The notes beneath the pieces are model-generated. The model was not told the origin of the DNA. It saw only the letters and a list, made by a program, of their open reading frames with translations, and did no database searches. The position numbers were made by a program, and so were the translations under genes. Shown in pieces: positions 1-8,913 of a stretch of 64,000 nt of DNA. This stretch comes from a virus (Duplodnaviria; Heunggongvirae; Uroviricota; Caudoviricetes), in the IMG/VR virus record IMGVR_UViG_3300028103_000015; one strand, given 5' to 3'. Each line of letters starts with the position of its first letter. The first letter of the stretch is position 1.

Positions 1-1
1 C

Positions 2-349
2 GAAAACAAAGGATTCCAAAGCTGGTGTGCTGATATGTGGGCTGTGCTGTGGAACCTGTGGGTGAGAGAAAAAGAAGTGAAGGTGATTGAAGAAATGGGA
101 TTCAGCTGGGCCCCAGATCCTGTCACTAAGCTTGAAACACACCCCATCCTTCATAATGCAGGAATTGTAAGCACATCTATGGATGGTTACAATTGCTTCT
201 ATAAAGGTAAATACCACCAAGGAACAGATCCTTCAAAGGATGAACACTTGGATGCTGTACTAAATGATGAGAAATCAAAGACAAGGTGCACATGGTATTA
301 CACAAACGAATTAAAAAATCTTTTTAACAAATATAACCTAAACTATTAA
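2..349 (+). CDS. hypothetical protein; the reading frame is open to the window edge, so this is probably the C-terminal part of a longer gene
   Basis: ORF track 35..349. The frame stays open upstream to nt 2. It is co-directional with the downstream operon. Confidence 0.4.
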   Translation, partial: ENKGFQSWCADMWAVLWNLWVREKEVKVIEEMGFSWAPDPVTKLETHPILHNAGIVSTSMDGYNCFYKGKYHQGTDPSKDEHLDAVLNDEKSKTRCTWYYTNELKNLFNKYNLNY

Positions 350-366
350 CCATTAAATTTTTTACA

Positions 367-582
367 ATGGGAGGCATTAATTCTCGTCCTTTAAAAGCTT
401 ATGTCCGCTTCGATGGAAGTGGCAGAATAGTTGCAGGTAGTCTCATTCTCAGAAGAAAGAAGCCCAAGGTAGGTAAGTGGGTGGAAATTCCAGCTTATGA
501 GTGCTGCAATCCAACAACTACTTCAACAACAACTGTAGCACCAACTACAACAACAACTACAACAACTGAGGGTCCTCGTTAA
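367..582 (+). CDS. small protein: 45-aa conserved N-domain (CC motif) plus C-terminal poly-Thr tail; paralogue A
   Basis: 71 aa. LKAYVRFDGSGRIVAGSLIL...ECCN followed by a T-rich tail (TTTSTTTVAPTTTTTTTT). A tandem paralogue sits at 594..800. Confidence 0.6.
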   Translation: MGGINSRPLKAYVRFDGSGRIVAGSLILRRKKPKVGKWVEIPAYECCNPTTTSTTTVAPTTTTTTTTEGPR

Positions 583-593
583 AATTATAAAAA

Positions 594-800
594 ATGGCAA
601 ATCAAAGTAAACTGAAAGCGTATGTACGTTTTGATGGTACAGGACGCGTTATTGCTGGTAGTTTAATCTTACAGAGATTCAAACCAAAGGTGGGTAATTG
701 GGTGGAGATTGCAGCTAATGAATGCTGTAATTATACAACCACTACCACTACAACTGTTGCTCCAACTACTACAACTACAACCACAGCACCAATTGAATAA
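594..800 (+). CDS. small protein with poly-Thr tail; paralogue B
   Basis: 68 aa. About 70% identical to the 367..582 product over the N-domain, with the same ECCN-polyT architecture. Confidence 0.6.
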   Translation: MANQSKLKAYVRFDGTGRVIAGSLILQRFKPKVGNWVEIAANECCNYTTTTTTTVAPTTTTTTTAPIE

Positions 801-802
801 TT

Positions 803-1216
803 ATGGCAAAATCATTATTTCCTTCTGACATGCTGAAGAGTGGTGGAGGAGAAATGTCTCTAGAAACTATAGCTGGGAAGCTTACATACTTTCATGAGCA
901 GCTACATCTTTTACACTGGCAGACAAGTTCATATGCAGAACACCAAGCTCTTGGTGGATTGTACGATTATGTACACGATTTTAAGGATGGGGTGATTGAG
1001 AAACTTATGGGCTACATGGGCAAGCGTCCCAAAGCACCAAAGATGGAACCTCTGTCTGACTCAGCAAGTGCTAGTCTGGTGGTCAGCGAGCTTATGAGTT
1101 TCGCCTCAAGCCTTAAAAGCTATGCTGAGAGCAATGGGTATCATGACATTTCAAACCTAGCTGATTCCCTCAGTGGTGAGGCTGCAAAGACCAAATATCT
1201 CCTAACCCTATCCTAA
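803..1216 (+). CDS. Dps/ferritin-like four-helix-bundle protein (short, 137 aa)
   Basis: The motif string LHLLHWQ..YAEHQALGGLYDYVHDFKDGVIEKL aligns with the Dps ferroxidase-region signature (FHWNVKG...LHEKFEELYDE...VDEIAERI). Assigned by eye only. Confidence 0.4.
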   Translation: MAKSLFPSDMLKSGGGEMSLETIAGKLTYFHEQLHLLHWQTSSYAEHQALGGLYDYVHDFKDGVIEKLMGYMGKRPKAPKMEPLSDSASASLVVSELMSFASSLKSYAESNGYHDISNLADSLSGEAAKTKYLLTLS

Positions 1217-1503
1217 TGATCGTAAGCAAACGATTCTTCCCTCCTGTGATGAACGACAATGAGCAAGCTTATTTTGCTCATCTAGAGGGAGTGATAAGTT
1301 CCGTGGATGAATTAAGCACCCTTGAGATAACCAAGAACCCCCACTCTTATCACTTTAGGTTGGTACCCAGTGTACCGATGTATAACCAAATGCTGTTAGA
1401 AGAGATATTAAAACTACATAATGTGTTCCAAATCAAGCTCAAGCTATCCAAGAGCATCAAGAGTTCAGCAACCATAGCATTCGAGATAAGTTTGGAAAAT
1501 TAA
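1216..1503 (+). CDS. hypothetical protein
   Basis: 95-aa ORF. Tightly packed in the operon: its ATGA start overlaps the upstream stop. Confidence 0.5.
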   Translation: MIVSKRFFPPVMNDNEQAYFAHLEGVISSVDELSTLEITKNPHSYHFRLVPSVPMYNQMLLEEILKLHNVFQIKLKLSKSIKSSATIAFEISLEN

Positions 1504-1514
1504 TAACATGTACA

Positions 1515-1522
1515 TATATTTG
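1515..1522 (+). promoter_or_regulatory. TATATTTG, a Bacteroidetes-type -7 promoter element (TAnnTTTG)
   Basis: Exact match to TAnnTTTG, about 25 nt upstream of the ATG at 1547. Confidence 0.3.
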
Positions 1523-1546
1523 TACCAACCAAAAAAAATAAATAAT

Positions 1547-1783
1547 ATGGCAACTTACGATCCTAGTAAACGTTACACCTGGACTCCTAATGATAAGTTT
1601 GAATTCACAGGAGCAGAATTTGGTCTCATTCTGAACGCATTTCGTGCTGTTCTGAACACAGAAGAAGCTGCAAAGATTCTTCTAGCTAATGAAGCTAACC
1701 AAGTGGTAGAGCGTGCTCTTGCAGCAGCTGTTGAAGCTGATGTTGTTAAAGAAGCAGAAGAGATTAAGCAAAGCGGTTTGTGA
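1547..1783 (+). CDS. hypothetical protein (78 aa, acidic, Ala-rich)
   Basis: The ORF 1508..1783 is trimmed to the internal Met at 1547 (MATYDPSKRY), which lies downstream of the -7-like motif. Confidence 0.5.
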   Translation: MATYDPSKRYTWTPNDKFEFTGAEFGLILNAFRAVLNTEEAAKILLANEANQVVERALAAAVEADVVKEAEEIKQSGL

Positions 1784-1861
1784 GACTCTGTGGCATCCAT
1801 ATAATAGAACTAGATAGGGACGGTTTATGTCCTAAATGTTTAGAAGAAAAAAACACTTAAA

Positions 1862-2287
1862 ATGGCGAAGATTAAAAAGTATCAGATTGGTGGTAAAGCA
1901 AAAGCTAAACCAGATTCAGTGGAGAGCGAGATGTTTCCTGGGAAGAAAATCCCAAGATCTCAATCCAACTATGCCACTGGTAGAATAGCTAAGATGGCTG
2001 AGGCTGGTAAACCTAAGGTGGTGGCTATTAAGAAAGCAGCTGTTCCAAAGAAGAAACTTGGAGGTAAGCTTGCTAAACAAGCTGCTACAGCAATTGCTAT
2101 GAAGAAGAAAGGCATAAAGCCTAAAATGGATAAGGCTAAAGGTGGTAAAGAGATGATTAAGCGTGCTGACGGAAGCTATTCACAACGTGGTTTGTGGGAT
2201 AATATTCGTGCCAACAAAGGAAGTGGAAAGAAGCCAACTTCAGCAATGCTCAAACAAGAACGTAAAATAAAAGCTAAAGGTAAATAA
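1862..2287 (+). CDS. lysine-rich basic protein 1 (H1/protamine-like low-complexity); first of a tandem paralogue array
   Basis: 141 aa, about 25% Lys. It starts MAKIKKYQIGGK. AK-rich low-complexity sequence with no Cys. Confidence 0.7.
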   Translation: MAKIKKYQIGGKAKAKPDSVESEMFPGKKIPRSQSNYATGRIAKMAEAGKPKVVAIKKAAVPKKKLGGKLAKQAATAIAMKKKGIKPKMDKAKGGKEMIKRADGSYSQRGLWDNIRANKGSGKKPTSAMLKQERKIKAKGK

Positions 2288-2288
2288 C

Positions 2289-2645
2289 ATGGCAAAAATG
2301 AAGAAAGCCCAAGCTGGCTTAAAAGCTTCTACAAAGCGTGTAGGTCCTGTTGATCCTTCAGGAGCATGGACAAAGGTGCAGGAAATGAACCTTCCTCCAC
2401 GTAATGTAAAGACCAAGGTGAGTCTTACAAAGGACAAAGAACAAGGAGCTACATCTATGGCCAAGGGTGGTAAGTGGATTCAGAAGGCTATTAAGAAGCC
2501 TGGAGCTCTACGTAAGTCACTTGGTGCTAAACCTGGTAAACCCATCCCTGCTGGTAAGCTTGCAAAAGCTGCTAAGGCTAAGGGTAAACTTGGTCAGCGT
2601 GCTAGATTAGCAATGACTCTCAAGAAAATGAGCAAAAAGAAATAA
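2289..2645 (+). CDS. lysine-rich basic protein 2
   Basis: 118 aa. Starts MAKMKKAQAGLK. There is a 1-nt gap to the previous gene. Confidence 0.7.
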   Translation: MAKMKKAQAGLKASTKRVGPVDPSGAWTKVQEMNLPPRNVKTKVSLTKDKEQGATSMAKGGKWIQKAIKKPGALRKSLGAKPGKPIPAGKLAKAAKAKGKLGQRARLAMTLKKMSKKK

Positions 2646-3127
2646 TGCCAACTATCAAGAAACTCTTGAAGGTTGCTCCTAGAATGCGCAACACACTTCC
2701 TCAGAATGTAACAAAGGGGAATGGTGTAAAGAACCCACAGAAGGCATCTGCTTACGTGGGAAAGGGTGTGTTGAAGAATGGTGATACAATTGCAGCTGTC
2801 AAGGGGGCTATTACACCCGTACCCAACGGACCATTGATTAAGAAGAAGGGTCCATATGCTGGATCTACACTTAAGAAGGGTGGAAAGGTGACTGTGATGG
2901 CTGGTGGTGAGAAGCATGTTGTATATAAGAAGACCAGTCCAACAGGTGTTGGTAAGGGAAAGAAAGGAAACATCATGGTGAATCATCCTACAAAGGATAA
3001 GGGTAAATGGGACACCATAGATCTCACAAAAATAGGAAGAGCCAAGACTGTCAAACAGGGTGTAGCTGCTACCAAGAAATGGCACAGAGACAATCCTGAT
3101 TATAAATACAAAGGCAAAAAGAAATAA
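2645..3127 (+). CDS. lysine-rich basic protein 3
   Basis: 160 aa. Starts MPTIKKLLK. Its start overlaps the previous stop (TAATG). Gly/Lys-rich. Confidence 0.65.
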   Translation: MPTIKKLLKVAPRMRNTLPQNVTKGNGVKNPQKASAYVGKGVLKNGDTIAAVKGAITPVPNGPLIKKKGPYAGSTLKKGGKVTVMAGGEKHVVYKKTSPTGVGKGKKGNIMVNHPTKDKGKWDTIDLTKIGRAKTVKQGVAATKKWHRDNPDYKYKGKKK

Positions 3128-3129
3128 CC

Positions 3130-3588
3130 ATGGCTAGGATTAAAAAAGCACAGAAAGGAGATACTCTCAGAGCATCTGTTGCCACATTCAAAAGCAGAAT
3201 TGGAGACACCGCTGCTGTAAAGAAGAAAGCAGATTCTCTTGGACTCTCCACTGACAAGGTGAGGAGTGCTCTTAAGGCTAGAATAGCTGCTAAGAAGCAA
3301 CGTTCTGGTGGTAAGACACCAGCTTGGCAAAGAAAGGAAGGAAAGAATCCTTCAGGTGGTTTGAATGCAAAAGGTGTAGCGAGCTACAGAGCTGCTAATC
3401 CTGGATCTAAGCTTAAGACTGCTGTTACAACCAAACCATCTAAACTAAAACCTGGAAGCAAAGCTGCTAACAGACGTAAGAGTTTCTGTGCTAGAATGTC
3501 TGGTATGAAGAAAAGACTGACATCTGCCAAAACTGCTAATGATCCAAACAGCAGAATTAATAAGTCTCTTCGTAAATGGAATTGCTAA
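3130..3588 (+). CDS. lysine-rich basic protein 4
   Basis: 152 aa. Starts MARIKKAQKGD. Arg/Lys-rich, with a C-terminal ...RKSFCARMSGMKK..DPNSRINKSLRKWNC segment. Confidence 0.7.
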   Translation: MARIKKAQKGDTLRASVATFKSRIGDTAAVKKKADSLGLSTDKVRSALKARIAAKKQRSGGKTPAWQRKEGKNPSGGLNAKGVASYRAANPGSKLKTAVTTKPSKLKPGSKAANRRKSFCARMSGMKKRLTSAKTANDPNSRINKSLRKWNC

Positions 3589-3609
3589 CATTTAAAAACT
3601 TAAATAACA

Positions 3610-4107
3610 ATGGCAAAAATTAAGAAATATCAAGACGGTGGTAAGTCCTCCCTTGGTATGAAATCTGTTAAAGCTGGATATGATAAGAATCCTGGTGTAA
3701 CAAGGGCAGACATTATTGTAGCTGCTAAGAAGGAAGCTAAATCAGGAGCAAAGGTTAAGAAGGCTCAAGCTGGTAGCAAAGTGGCTCTTCGTACAGCTCA
3801 ATTGAGAAGACTAGGCAGACTTTCTGCTAAGAACCCAGCTAAGGCAGAACAAGTGGGATCTAAGATGGTAGAGAAAGCTACACGCGTATCACGTGGTAAA
3901 GACTACTTGAAGAAGAACATCAGCAGTCTTATGCCTGAATCACGCAAGGGTAGCAAGGTGAAGAAAGCACGTAACGGAGCTACACTATCTCCTTCTAAAA
4001 AGAGTGTTTCTTCTGAGCTCGGTAGCTATAAGCGTGTAGCTGGAAAGAACCTTTCTAAGATGAAGATGGGTGGTTCTATGAAAAAATGCAGAGGAGGTTG
4101 CTATTAA
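3610..4107 (+). CDS. lysine-rich basic protein 5
   Basis: 165 aa. Starts MAKIKKYQDGGK; the first 8 aa are identical to protein 1. An internal KKAQAGSK repeat echoes protein 2. Confidence 0.7.
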   Translation: MAKIKKYQDGGKSSLGMKSVKAGYDKNPGVTRADIIVAAKKEAKSGAKVKKAQAGSKVALRTAQLRRLGRLSAKNPAKAEQVGSKMVEKATRVSRGKDYLKKNISSLMPESRKGSKVKKARNGATLSPSKKSVSSELGSYKRVAGKNLSKMKMGGSMKKCRGGCY

Positions 4108-4108
4108 T

Positions 4109-4249
4109 ATGAAAGCAGGAAAACCAAAGAAGGCCCCAAAGGTGCCACCACCTAAGCCTATCAATGCCAATTATATGAAAGAGGCTGATACCAAACTTAG
4201 GAGGTCCAGTAAAATGTGGCCCATGAAATCAAAACGTCTATCTAAATAG
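4109..4249 (+). CDS. small basic protein 6 (46 aa; not in the ORF track because it is under 60 aa)
   Basis: ATG at 4109, 2 nt after the upstream stop, and TAG at 4247. Translation: MKAGKPKKAPKVPPPKPINANYMKEADTKLRRSSKMWPMKSKRLSK. Confidence 0.4.
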   Translation: MKAGKPKKAPKVPPPKPINANYMKEADTKLRRSSKMWPMKSKRLSK

Positions 4250-4280
4250 TTATTGTTTCATAGTGTTGTTTGTTTAATAA

Positions 4281-4312
4281 AAGCCTCTTTTATCAAGAGG
4301 CTTTTTTATTTT
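4281..4312 (+). terminator. rho-independent terminator closing the basic-protein operon
   Basis: Perfect 9-bp stem AAGCCTCTT/AAGAGGCTT with loop TTATC, followed by TTTTATTTT. Confidence 0.7.
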
Positions 4313-4318
4313 CATCAT

Positions 4319-4951
4319 ATGGTAAAACTAACATGTATATGTCCTGTGTGGAAAAGACCACAGAGAACTATCAGAGCCATAGAGTCTGTTGTAGCCCAGA
4401 AGTTTGATGGTTGGGAGGCGCTGTTTATTGGAGACAAATGCCCAGAGTTTCAAAAGAATATTGACGAGGGTGTATTTAAGAAATACGAAGAACAGGTGGC
4501 AGCTACAGGCAATCACATCCTCTTCCATAATATGGATGAACATTTTGGTGGATGGGGACATGGAGCACGCAAATATGGTATTGACATAGCTCAAGGAGAA
4601 TATGTATGCTTCCTAGACAACGATGATGTCCTATTACCAAATCATTTTGAGAACTATTACAGCTTTATGCAAGAGAATCCAGACATTCACGCAGGCTATT
4701 TTAATGCACGTACAGAGCCCTGGAAAAAGAACAGAACATCTTGTCTATCTAGAGGAGGCATTGGAAATGCAGAACTTATGATAAGAACAGATGTGCTCAG
4801 GAAAAACTATAGGCTAGATCCAGAATATGAACACGACTGGAGACTGGTGGATAGGATGTTAAACTACGGATATAAGTTTAAGAAGAGCAAAGCTGCTCCT
4901 ACATACATCATCATGAGTGTTCCTAACTACCGAGAAACCACTATTGACTAA
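4319..4951 (+). CDS. glycosyltransferase, GT-A fold / family 2-like
   Basis: DxD motif (FLDNDDV). The start is placed at the Met after the terminator, MVKLTCICPVWKRPQRT, a typical GT2 N-terminus. Confidence 0.65.
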   Translation: MVKLTCICPVWKRPQRTIRAIESVVAQKFDGWEALFIGDKCPEFQKNIDEGVFKKYEEQVAATGNHILFHNMDEHFGGWGHGARKYGIDIAQGEYVCFLDNDDVLLPNHFENYYSFMQENPDIHAGYFNARTEPWKKNRTSCLSRGGIGNAELMIRTDVLRKNYRLDPEYEHDWRLVDRMLNYGYKFKKSKAAPTYIIMSVPNYRETTID

Positions 4952-5631
4952 TGATTACAGTGATTATTCCTGCTTACAAGGCAACCAAATACATAGATGA
5001 ATGTCTTGCATCCCTGCAAGGGGCTGAGATATTAGTGGGAATAGATAATTGTAAAGAAACTTTTGACCATTTAGTGGGTAGAACAGACATAAAATCGTTC
5101 TATTTTGCACAAAATGTGGGACCGTTTGTTGTTAAAAACACATTAATAGACGAAGCTTCTAATGATAAAATCCTGTTCTTTGATTCTGATGATGTGCTTG
5201 CAGAGGGTGTGCTAGACAGAATAGAACAGGCGCTCAATATTGTAGACTATATAAAGCTCAATTACATCAACTTTACACACAATATAAATCCTAAAGGACA
5301 TGTAATGAATGATGCTGTAATAGCCATCAATCGTCCTGTGTTTAATGAGTTGAATGGATTCCAACCATGGAGATGTGGAGCTGATACAGAGCTAGCTAAG
5401 CGCCTTGAGTTCAATAAGAAGAAACATATAGTGCTAGATGATGTAACGTATTACAGAAGACTGCATGATAACAATCTCACTCTTAGGAAGGAAACAGGAC
5501 ATGGTTCTGTCATAAGACAGAAATATGTTCAATACATTGCTGCACACGAAAGATCTAAACAGTGGGAAAACCCAACACATAAACACACACAAGGATATGT
5601 TACTTATACAACAACCCATAGAGGAGCTTAA
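4951..5631 (+). CDS. glycosyltransferase family 2
   Basis: MITVIIPAYKATKYIDECLASL plus DSDD (DxD). Its ATGA start overlaps the upstream stop. Confidence 0.7.
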   Translation: MITVIIPAYKATKYIDECLASLQGAEILVGIDNCKETFDHLVGRTDIKSFYFAQNVGPFVVKNTLIDEASNDKILFFDSDDVLAEGVLDRIEQALNIVDYIKLNYINFTHNINPKGHVMNDAVIAINRPVFNELNGFQPWRCGADTELAKRLEFNKKKHIVLDDVTYYRRLHDNNLTLRKETGHGSVIRQKYVQYIAAHERSKQWENPTHKHTQGYVTYTTTHRGA

Positions 5632-6463
5632 AATAGCTCCTGAAGTGACAGTAGGAAATAGAAAGAGATATTCTACAGCCACAGCTGTAGCATGGATAAA
5701 TGATAACAAACTTGTATCAGCTGCCTTTAATAGCAGGAATATATATCTAATAGAGCTGAAAGACGATGGTACATCGCAGATATTGGATGTTATAAAAGCC
5801 CCATACAATCCAGACTTGATGGATTATAAAAATGGTATGATAGTCACATCAGACTATCCTTATTCAGATCAACATGGACATGCGTCCATATTTGATGTTG
5901 TAGATGATAAGATAGTGTACAGGAAGAGCATTACACTTCCTAACACCAAGTCTCATGGCTGTGAGATAGTGGATGATAACACTGTCATCATCACTAGTAA
6001 CAGTGACCACAATAAAGGCTGCCTGTTTGTAGACATCAATAAGGGGATAGTTAAAAGCACCCTAACAAACATGGACCACTATCCAAAAGATGCCTATATA
6101 AAGGATGACAGACTCTTAGTGATATGTGCAAAGAGTCTTCCCCAGATAGGACAAACCACCGTGATTGGTGAGTCTGTGCTCTACCTATTTGACCTATCTA
6201 CATTAAGTAGAATTAGTGAGGTGAGATTTCATGGACAGACTGACTCTCTCACCATGGATGGAAATGATGTGTTCATAACCATCCAAGGAGATGATACAGT
6301 GGCACATTGCACACTGATGGATGATGTATTGTCTTATTTTGGTAGAACTGGTGGATTCAACTTCCCACACGGTATAGATGCCCTAAATGGTAAAGTGGCT
6401 GTCACAAACTATGGAGACAACACTATTAGGATATATAACAAGGAAGAACTAAAGACCAATTAA
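5597..6463 (+). CDS. beta-propeller repeat protein (YVTN/lactonase-like) of unknown function
   Basis: Repeated ...DNTV...NGKVAVTNYGDNTIRIYN-type blades. The start is trimmed to the internal Met at 5597. Confidence 0.45.
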   Translation: MLLIQQPIEELKIAPEVTVGNRKRYSTATAVAWINDNKLVSAAFNSRNIYLIELKDDGTSQILDVIKAPYNPDLMDYKNGMIVTSDYPYSDQHGHASIFDVVDDKIVYRKSITLPNTKSHGCEIVDDNTVIITSNSDHNKGCLFVDINKGIVKSTLTNMDHYPKDAYIKDDRLLVICAKSLPQIGQTTVIGESVLYLFDLSTLSRISEVRFHGQTDSLTMDGNDVFITIQGDDTVAHCTLMDDVLSYFGRTGGFNFPHGIDALNGKVAVTNYGDNTIRIYNKEELKTN

Positions 6464-7102
6464 TGTCTTATAAGAGGATGCTGATGTAGCATTTTTCATG
6501 TAATACATAAACTCTTCACTAGCCTTAGCTTCCTCTATAGAGAATTCCCATGGGTAGTGTCTGGCCACATATGGAAATGTTGTAGACCCTCCACCTATAA
6601 AATACCCACCTAGCCTATATAGAGCAAACGTGGTATCTATTTGCACCTCAAGCGCCACATCTTCTTTAACAGGAGATTTCTGCCACCTGTCTCTTTCATA
6701 CAAATGCAGACGGTTATAATAGGGAGACTTGCTCTCCACCCTCTGCCAATCTAATCCTAACCCCACCTTATTCAATTCTAGGCTGTTCAATCTATCCTGC
6801 AGATAGAGAAGTGTGTCATTGGGTGTCTCTTCTAACCCCATGTCTGGGTCTGTAACAACATATGGACAGTCTTTAAACTGCCCCACTACACCCGCTAACC
6901 AGGGAGCAGCTACCCCTACATTATTATTTAACCTCATTATTGTACAGGGGTTGGTTGCATACCATTCTAGAAGAGGGGGATAGGTGGAGGCATTATCCAC
7001 AATAATCACATCCCCCACCCCGTCATATTCTTTTATTCTCTCCACCATAGCCTTAGGCCATGTGAGCAGATTTCTGTTATTTATTATAACTGGAATGTTC
7101 AT
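6449..7102 (-). CDS. putative glycosyltransferase (GT2-like)
   Basis: N-terminal MNIPVIINNRN...VIIVDNASTYP resembles the GT2 signature. Confidence 0.45.
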   Translation of the reverse strand: MNIPVIINNRNLLTWPKAMVERIKEYDGVGDVIIVDNASTYPPLLEWYATNPCTIMRLNNNVGVAAPWLAGVVGQFKDCPYVVTDPDMGLEETPNDTLLYLQDRLNSLELNKVGLGLDWQRVESKSPYYNRLHLYERDRWQKSPVKEDVALEVQIDTTFALYRLGGYFIGGGSTTFPYVARHYPWEFSIEEAKASEEFMYYMKNATSASSYKTLIGL

Positions 7103-7635
7103 CTCTTTTGTATGATAAGAAGTTTAGCATCGTTTACAAGGGTCATAAAGTGATCACGTCCATCTAACCACTCAGTGATCCTCTTGATAGTATCTTGTCT
7201 ATTGGCATGTCCAGCGTGTAAATCTTCAATAAAATAATATCCTCCTACTCTCAGATCTTCCCATAGTATTTTGAACGAAGCTACAATGTGATCACCCACA
7301 TGACTTCCATCATCAATAATAAAATGGGGTGCTCCACTTTTATCTATAACTCCTTTCATAAACTGTTTGTCTGACTGGTCTCCTATGTATATATTGAATC
7401 CAGACACATGGTTGTGCACATTAGGATCAATATCCACAGCATGTATGTCCAGTTCAGGATTGTATTCTCTCCACATTCTGAGAGAGTCCCCATGCCATAT
7501 TCCTATTTCTAGGAGTATATATCTTCCTGTCTCAGGAATGTACATATCATACACCTGTGTATATCCATGCTTCTCGTAGTGTTCTGTACCCTTGTCAGTT
7601 TTATTACGATTGGCAATTTCTGTAAGTCTTCTCAT
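7099..7635 (-). CDS. class I SAM-dependent O-methyltransferase (TylF/CmcI, Methyltransf_24-like)
   Basis: DKGTEH..Y and EIGIWHGDSLRMW (the SAM-binding GxWxGxS) match the macrocin/cephalosporin sugar O-MTase family. Confidence 0.6.
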   Translation of the reverse strand: MRRLTEIANRNKTDKGTEHYEKHGYTQVYDMYIPETGRYILLEIGIWHGDSLRMWREYNPELDIHAVDIDPNVHNHVSGFNIYIGDQSDKQFMKGVIDKSGAPHFIIDDGSHVGDHIVASFKILWEDLRVGGYYFIEDLHAGHANRQDTIKRITEWLDGRDHFMTLVNDAKLLIIQKR

Positions 7636-7639
7636 AAAA

Positions 7640-8206
7640 TTAGTTGTGTACGAATAACACTTTATTAATTTTCACAATGGGCTCGTCAGGGAACATCTCT
7701 CTGAACTTATTCACAAACCACCCATCAGCATCATATCTAACACCCAGCTCAATCTGCTGAGCTAAGTCTCTACGCGTGGCAAATGCTCCCATGTCAATTC
7801 TCCCATTGGCAGGCTCACATTGAAAATATGCATAGTCATAATGGGAATGCACCATATCCCAATAAATCATTCCTGGATTATTATTAGACGCAAGGGCTAT
7901 TTCTTTTATGAAGTTGGGAGTGTAATAGTTGTCATCTCCCGTCATTACAACATACTGGGCACTGCTCTGTTGCTTTCCATACTCCCTTGGTGTATGGCCA
8001 AAGTTGTTATAACGTATGTTCATCTTTGACCACATGATTCTCTTGTCCATTAAGCTTTGTACAAGCTGTACATTCTCTACATCCTCTGGATTGTCAATAA
8101 CAACGTGTGCCACCCAGTCTGGATGGGTTTGTGCTAATAGAGACAACAACATGCTTTTTAAGGGAACAATGCGATTATATGTTGGAATTATGAAGTCTAC
8201 TAACAT
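7640..8206 (-). CDS. glycosyltransferase family 2
   Basis: FIIPTYNR near the N-terminus and TGDDNYY (DxD). Confidence 0.7.
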   Translation of the reverse strand: MLVDFIIPTYNRIVPLKSMLLSLLAQTHPDWVAHVVIDNPEDVENVQLVQSLMDKRIMWSKMNIRYNNFGHTPREYGKQQSSAQYVVMTGDDNYYTPNFIKEIALASNNNPGMIYWDMVHSHYDYAYFQCEPANGRIDMGAFATRRDLAQQIELGVRYDADGWFVNKFREMFPDEPIVKINKVLFVHN

Positions 8207-8912
8207 AGTCTTTCAGCATTTGTGTGTAGTCGTGATTCCAATGAGGCTTAAGCTCTATTTCTCCTGTAGGTATTTTACCCTGCGCTCTTAAGTTTTCTAC
8301 GTGTAAACTATGTCTTTGTATGACATTGGGTTTGCCAGGAACATCGTGTCCTTGTCCAGACATGTGATATCCTCTGCCTCCCCACATATAAAACCAACTA
8401 GCTTCTTCTTTAGGAGGAGATGCAAAGAGTCTTCCACCATGAGCATGTAAACGTTCTATGAATGTCATATCATATCCAGCATTCTCAATAGGATGGCCAC
8501 CTATGGCTTCCCATGCAGACTTCCTAAATACAATACCAGAATTCCCTATCCATGTAATATCTGTTATTCTATCACCATTAAAGAACACTCCTGGGTTCCA
8601 ATGCATGATGTTCACATCATCTGTGAAATATTTAGCTACATTCTGTAAATGCCAAGGAACAGCAACATCATCATCATCCCACTGGCATATAATATCTCCT
8701 TTACAGATGTCTGTAGCGTAGTTTTCTTTGTCACCAATGGTGCTAAAGGTGTAATCCAGGTTGTATATTCTCACCTGTGGATGATTATATCTCAGCTTCT
8801 GCAGAGGATAGTCATTCACTATAACTAGCTCACACCTGTCTGCAGGGTAGTCCTGCTTGAGGAAAGAATGTAAACTCTCCTCAAGCGTATCCACCCTACC
8901 ATAAGTGATCAT
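8175..8912 (-). CDS. glycosyltransferase family 2-like
   Basis: MITYGRVDTLEESLHSFLKQ and QWDDDDV (DxD). Start trimmed to Met9 of the ORF 8175..8936. Confidence 0.6.
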   Translation of the reverse strand: MITYGRVDTLEESLHSFLKQDYPADRCELVIVNDYPLQKLRYNHPQVRIYNLDYTFSTIGDKENYATDICKGDIICQWDDDDVAVPWHLQNVAKYFTDDVNIMHWNPGVFFNGDRITDITWIGNSGIVFRKSAWEAIGGHPIENAGYDMTFIERLHAHGGRLFASPPKEEASWFYMWGGRGYHMSGQGHDVPGKPNVIQRHSLHVENLRAQGKIPTGEIELKPHWNHDYTQMLKDYVSRLHNSNI

Positions 8913-8913
8913 T

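Noticed and set aside
520-800. CRISPR-like or tandem repeat arrays
   Set aside because: The repeats are in-frame ACN codon runs encoding poly-Thr, not spacer-repeat arrays. No cas genes are present.
2594-3330. Minus-strand ORFs of 163, 74, 62 and 76 aa antisense to the basic-protein genes
   Set aside because: Their composition is driven by the opposite-strand lysine codons, and they lie wholly inside confidently called plus-strand genes.
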